From: Verrucomicrobiota bacterium
GTDB lineage: Bacteria > Verrucomicrobiota > Verrucomicrobiia > Limisphaerales > UBA8199
DNA: 49,708 nucleotides
Reading direction: 5' to 3'
Assembly (NCBI GenBank): GCA_038209025.1
Contig: JBBQYD010000001.1
Span: forward strand, 1-49,708
In this document: positions 46,747 through 49,708 of the stretch, piece after piece
Layout: every line of letters starts with the position of its first letter
How positions within the stretch are numbered: position 1 is the first letter of the stretch
Program-made: the position numbers and the translations under genes
Notes under the pieces: model-generated
Database searches by the model: none
What the model saw: the letters and a program-made list of their open reading frames with translations, nothing else
What the model was told of the DNA's origin: nothing

Positions 46747-49708
46747 TTACTCGCCCTGGACGCGATAGAACCTCGTGTCCCCGGGCAGAGTGTTGGTGAA
46801 TGAGGTGGTGGTGCCGGTGGCGAGGATCGAGGCGCCGAGAGGATCCCAGGAACCGGACGAAAGCGTCTCGCGCGAGCGCACCTGATAGGTGTGTCCCGGG
46901 ACGCTCTTCCAAGAGAAGACCACACTGCCGCCGATGGGGCTGATATGGACAATGGGGAACTGGGTCAATGGCGCCCGGTAGTCAGGGTTTATCATGAACG
47001 CCTTCAGGCCGTTGTTGCAATCGAGGGCGAACAGATAGTTGCCGCCGAAAGCGGTGACGCCCACGCCGCCCACCGTGACGTTCGGGTTCAGCGTAGCGAA
47101 CACCTCCTGGTCCCGCAGCACCGGGCCGGAGGCCAGGTCCGGGACTTCGTAAAGCTGCACGTTATGAGAGAGTTCGAGGGCGATGCCGGCCAGGAACCGT
47201 TGATTGAAGCCGGTCGAGATCCCGCGCAAAGAGGAAGAGACGGCGTTAGTCGAGAACTCGCGCAGCACCGAACCGGTGTTGGAAGCCAGATCGAAGCCAA
47301 CCAGGTACAAAGGACCGTCCACCACCTTGGCCCAAAAGGTGTTGGGACCCGGGCCGAAGGCCAGGCCGAGCCGCGCAAAGCCGGAGGGCACGCCGCTCAC
47401 GGCGATCACGCTGGGTGGCACCTCATACTGAAAATCGAGCCCGCTGGTGGTTCTGAGCAGAACCACATTGGTGCCTGACCCGGGCGAAAGGAGGATTTGC
47501 GTATCCGCCCCCGCGCCGCGCACCGCGATGGTGTCGCCCCAGCGCTGACCAGGTTGGCCGGTTTGCTCCGGATCACCCAAGAACACGAAGGCGGGCGCGC
47601 TGGCGGACCCATCATTGGGCCAGCGGTAAACCAAGAAGGAGGTCGTGCTGGCGTTCACGGTCACACTGGCTCCGTAAACCGCCCCGTCGTCCGCGACCGC
47701 GACTTGGTTGAGTCCAAGGCTGACGCCCGGCACGGTAACGGGCAACCCGCTCACATCCATGAACCGTTTTTCCGCGCCGGTCAGGGCGTCCAGAACCACC
47801 AGGGCAGGATCGGCGACGGCACGGCTCACGAGCAGCAGATTGGTGGTCAAAGGATTGTAGGCCATGCCCCGCTCGCTGCTGTTGGTGGCGCTCAGGTAGG
47901 AGCGGTCGCCGGGCAGCAAGTTCCAGATGTTGGTCGCCTGGGCGGTGTTGAAGGCTGGCACCACGCTCAGCACCGCGTTGGAGCTGACCGCCTGGCCAAA
48001 CAAGTTGCTGGCTTGCAGGCTGTATCCACCAGCCTGGTTGGTGGTGACGTTGCGCAAGGTGAGGAGGCTGCCAGTGGCTCCGCTGACGTTAGGTCCATCG
48101 ACCAGCACATTCGTGCCGTTGAACAGCCATCGCAGCGTCAGCGGGTCGTTGCCCGCCGCCAGGGCGTTGAAGCTGACCGTGGCTCCCGCCATCACCGACG
48201 CGCCGGCCGGATTCGCCACGATGGTGACCTTCGGCGCGACGTAGTTGGTGTTGAGGGCGAACGCCTTGATCCCGTTGTTCTCGTTCAGCACAAAGAACAG
48301 GTGGTCACCACAAGCGACCGAAGCCCCTCCCGACGAGGCGGCATTTTGAGTGGCGAACACCTCCTGATCGCGGTACAGCGGGCCGAGGGCGAGGTCGGAG
48401 ATATCGTAGAGGCGGACATTGTCGCCCAATGATTCCGCCATGAGCCCGGCCAGGAACTTTTGGTTTTTGTCCACGCCGACGGCGCGGATGGCGGTGGGCA
48501 CAACCACGTTGGGATAGCTCTGCACCACGTTGCCCACGCCCGTGTTCAGGTCGAACTCCACAAGGTACAAAGCGCCCCCCGAGGTCTTGGCCCAGAACGT
48601 GTTGGTGCCGGGGCCGAACACGATGCTGAACCGGGCAAAGCCGGAGGTGACGCCGTTGACCGCGATGACGGCGGGCGGAATTTCATACTGGAAGTTCTGG
48701 CCGGAGAGCGACCGCAACAGCACCACATTGGTGCCGGTGGCGGGCGCCAGCAGGATTTGGGTGCCGGCTCCGGAACCGCGCACGGCGAGGTTGTCGCCCC
48801 AGCGCAAATTAGGCTGCACAGCAGCGGCCGGATCACCGGCAAACAGCAGGCCGGAGGGGTTGAACGGGCCGTCCGCCTGCCAACCATAGATGCAAAGCGG
48901 GGTCGAACTGGCCGCCGTGGTGACACTCACGCCGAAGACCACCCCGTCATCCGCGACCGCGACCGCGTTCAAACCCAGGCTCACATTGGGAACGGAAGGC
49001 GGGATGCCCGAGACCTCCATCGTATGTTTTTGCACCCCGGTCAGCGCATCGAGCACGATCAGGGAGGGGTCGGCGGCGGCGCGGCTCACCAGCAGCAAGT
49101 TGGTGGTGAGCGGGTTGTAAGCAATGCCGCGCTCCGTCCCGCCCGCGCCCAGGTACGGCCAGTCCCCGGCGTTGAGCGTCCAAATGTTCGTCATCTGCGG
49201 GGTGTTGAAGACCTTGGTGACACTCAAAGTGGCGTTGGAGCTGATATCGTAATTCACCGCGTTACTCACAGCCAAGCGGTAATCGCCCGCCATTTCGGTG
49301 GTCACAGCGCGCAGCACCAACGTGTTGCTCCTGGCGCCGGCGACGGCGGGACCGTCGGAAAGGAGGTTCGTTTTAAACCAATGCCACTGGTTCGTGATCG
49401 GCGAGGTGCCGCTCACCAACGGGCTGAAGATAACGTTCACGCCCTCATAGACGGCCTTGGAGGCGGGCTGGGAGACAATTTTCGCGGGTAGATTGAGAGT
49501 GGGCACGCCAAAGAAGATTTCGAGCGAGTTCAAAAAGCCGCGCGTCTCCGCGGCGGTGGCTCCCTCGCTGGCCACGTACAGCGACTCGCCCGCCGCCAGG
49601 GTGACCGTCAGCACGCCGAAATTGTTCCCCTCCACGAAGCTGTTCGTGAGCGCCGGCGAAGAGTTGGAGACGGCGGCGGTGGCTCCGTTGGTGGTGAAAG
49701 AGTAGGTG
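46747..49708 (-). CDS. Giant secreted protein with two tandem Ig-like plus propeller-like modules and a C-terminal module ending FYRVQGE; 5' end outside the window
   Basis: The frame is open to the window edge; the track's 49635 start is only the first GTG. It has Ig-like segments (...NQWHWF...GDYRLAVSN...) and two long homologous modules. Confidence 0.8.
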   Translation of the reverse strand, partial: TYSFTTNGATAAVSNSSPALTNSFVEGNNFGVLTVTLAAGESLYVASEGATAAETRGFLNSLEIFFGVPTLNLPAKIVSQPASKAVYEGVNVIFSPLVSGTSPITNQWHWFKTNLLSDGPAVAGARSNTLVLRAVTTEMAGDYRLAVSNAVNYDISSNATLSVTKVFNTPQMTNIWTLNAGDWPYLGAGGTERGIAYNPLTTNLLLVSRAAADPSLIVLDALTGVQKHTMEVSGIPPSVPNVSLGLNAVAVADDGVVFGVSVTTAASSTPLCIYGWQADGPFNPSGLLFAGDPAAAVQPNLRWGDNLAVRGSGAGTQILLAPATGTNVVLLRSLSGQNFQYEIPPAVIAVNGVTSGFARFSIVFGPGTNTFWAKTSGGALYLVEFDLNTGVGNVVQSYPNVVVPTAIRAVGVDKNQKFLAGLMAESLGDNVRLYDISDLALGPLYRDQEVFATQNAASSGGASVACGDHLFFVLNENNGIKAFALNTNYVAPKVTIVANPAGASVMAGATVSFNALAAGNDPLTLRWLFNGTNVLVDGPNVSGATGSLLTLRNVTTNQAGGYSLQASNLFGQAVSSNAVLSVVPAFNTAQATNIWNLLPGDRSYLSATNSSERGMAYNPLTTNLLLVSRAVADPALVVLDALTGAEKRFMDVSGLPVTVPGVSLGLNQVAVADDGAVYGASVTVNASTTSFLVYRWPNDGSASAPAFVFLGDPEQTGQPGQRWGDTIAVRGAGADTQILLSPGSGTNVVLLRTTSGLDFQYEVPPSVIAVSGVPSGFARLGLAFGPGPNTFWAKVVDGPLYLVGFDLASNTGSVLREFSTNAVSSSLRGISTGFNQRFLAGIALELSHNVQLYEVPDLASGPVLRDQEVFATLNPNVTVGGVGVTAFGGNYLFALDCNNGLKAFMINPDYRAPLTQFPIVHISPIGGSVVFSWKSVPGHTYQVRSRETLSSGSWDPLGASILATGTTTSFTNTLPGDTRFYRVQGE
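46998..49482 (-). repeat. Intragenic tandem duplication: two modules of about 400 aa (roughly 48204-49482 and 46998-48203)
   Basis: The modules can be aligned by eye over their whole length. Examples are ERGIAYNPLTTNLLLVSRAAADPSLIVLDALTG versus ERGMAYNPLTTNLLLVSRAVADPALVVLDALTG, and GPGTNTFWAKTSGGALYLVEFDL versus GPGPNTFWAKVVDGPLYLVGFDL. Confidence 0.85.

Noticed and set aside
1-49708. CRISPR arrays, tRNA or rRNA genes, integrase-bounded prophage or a complete defence system.
   Set aside because: No spacer-repeat periodicity, no T-loop (GGTTCGAATCC-like) motifs, no rRNA-like segments and no phage structural or integrase genes were seen on either strand.

Overview
GC-rich chromosomal segment, most consistent with a PVC-superphylum bacterium (Verrucomicrobiota-like). 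The taxonomic cues are three prepilin-leader H-X9-DG type pseudopilin genes, giant secreted proteins with autotransporter-associated beta-strand (PATR) repeats, a DUF1080 lectin-fold protein, and REP-like repeats that translate to SQPWA...RNP. About 35 genes are supportable. Housekeeping genes: an NfnAB-like oxidoreductase pair at the left edge, speA, galM, a homocysteine S-methyltransferase, an MscS channel and a CDF transporter. The window is dense in carbohydrate-active genes: a GH78 rhamnosidase, three or four unassigned glycosidase-like proteins, an SGNH esterase, a pyruvyl-transferase-family protein and a polyprenyl-phosphate sugar transferase. Three giant surface proteins sit beside AraC-family regulators, and there is a secreted nine-haem cytochrome fused to Ig/PKD domains. 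Two small accessory patches carry decayed mobile DNA. Patch 9.8-13.1 kb holds a RayT-like transposase remnant, REP-like hairpins, a PIN toxin with a small downstream partner, a second copy whose toxin is truncated, and further pseudogenes. Patch 38.2-39.8 kb holds an orphan group II intron domain V/VI, an internally deleted IS4-like transposase and a palindrome. No rRNA, tRNA or CRISPR array was seen. The leads I rate highest are (i) the AraC-divergent operon of giant adhesin-like protein, pseudopilin and glycosidase, with 21-bp-phased direct repeats in its promoter; (ii) a G13 homopolymer inside a giant surface-protein gene (phase-variation candidate); (iii) a roughly 60-aa C-terminal module (SWP...FYRL) shared by four otherwise different secreted proteins; and (iv) the duplicated PIN/small-partner locus with a conserved 45-bp 3' flank. 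All family assignments come from motif recognition by eye and need HMM or BLAST confirmation.
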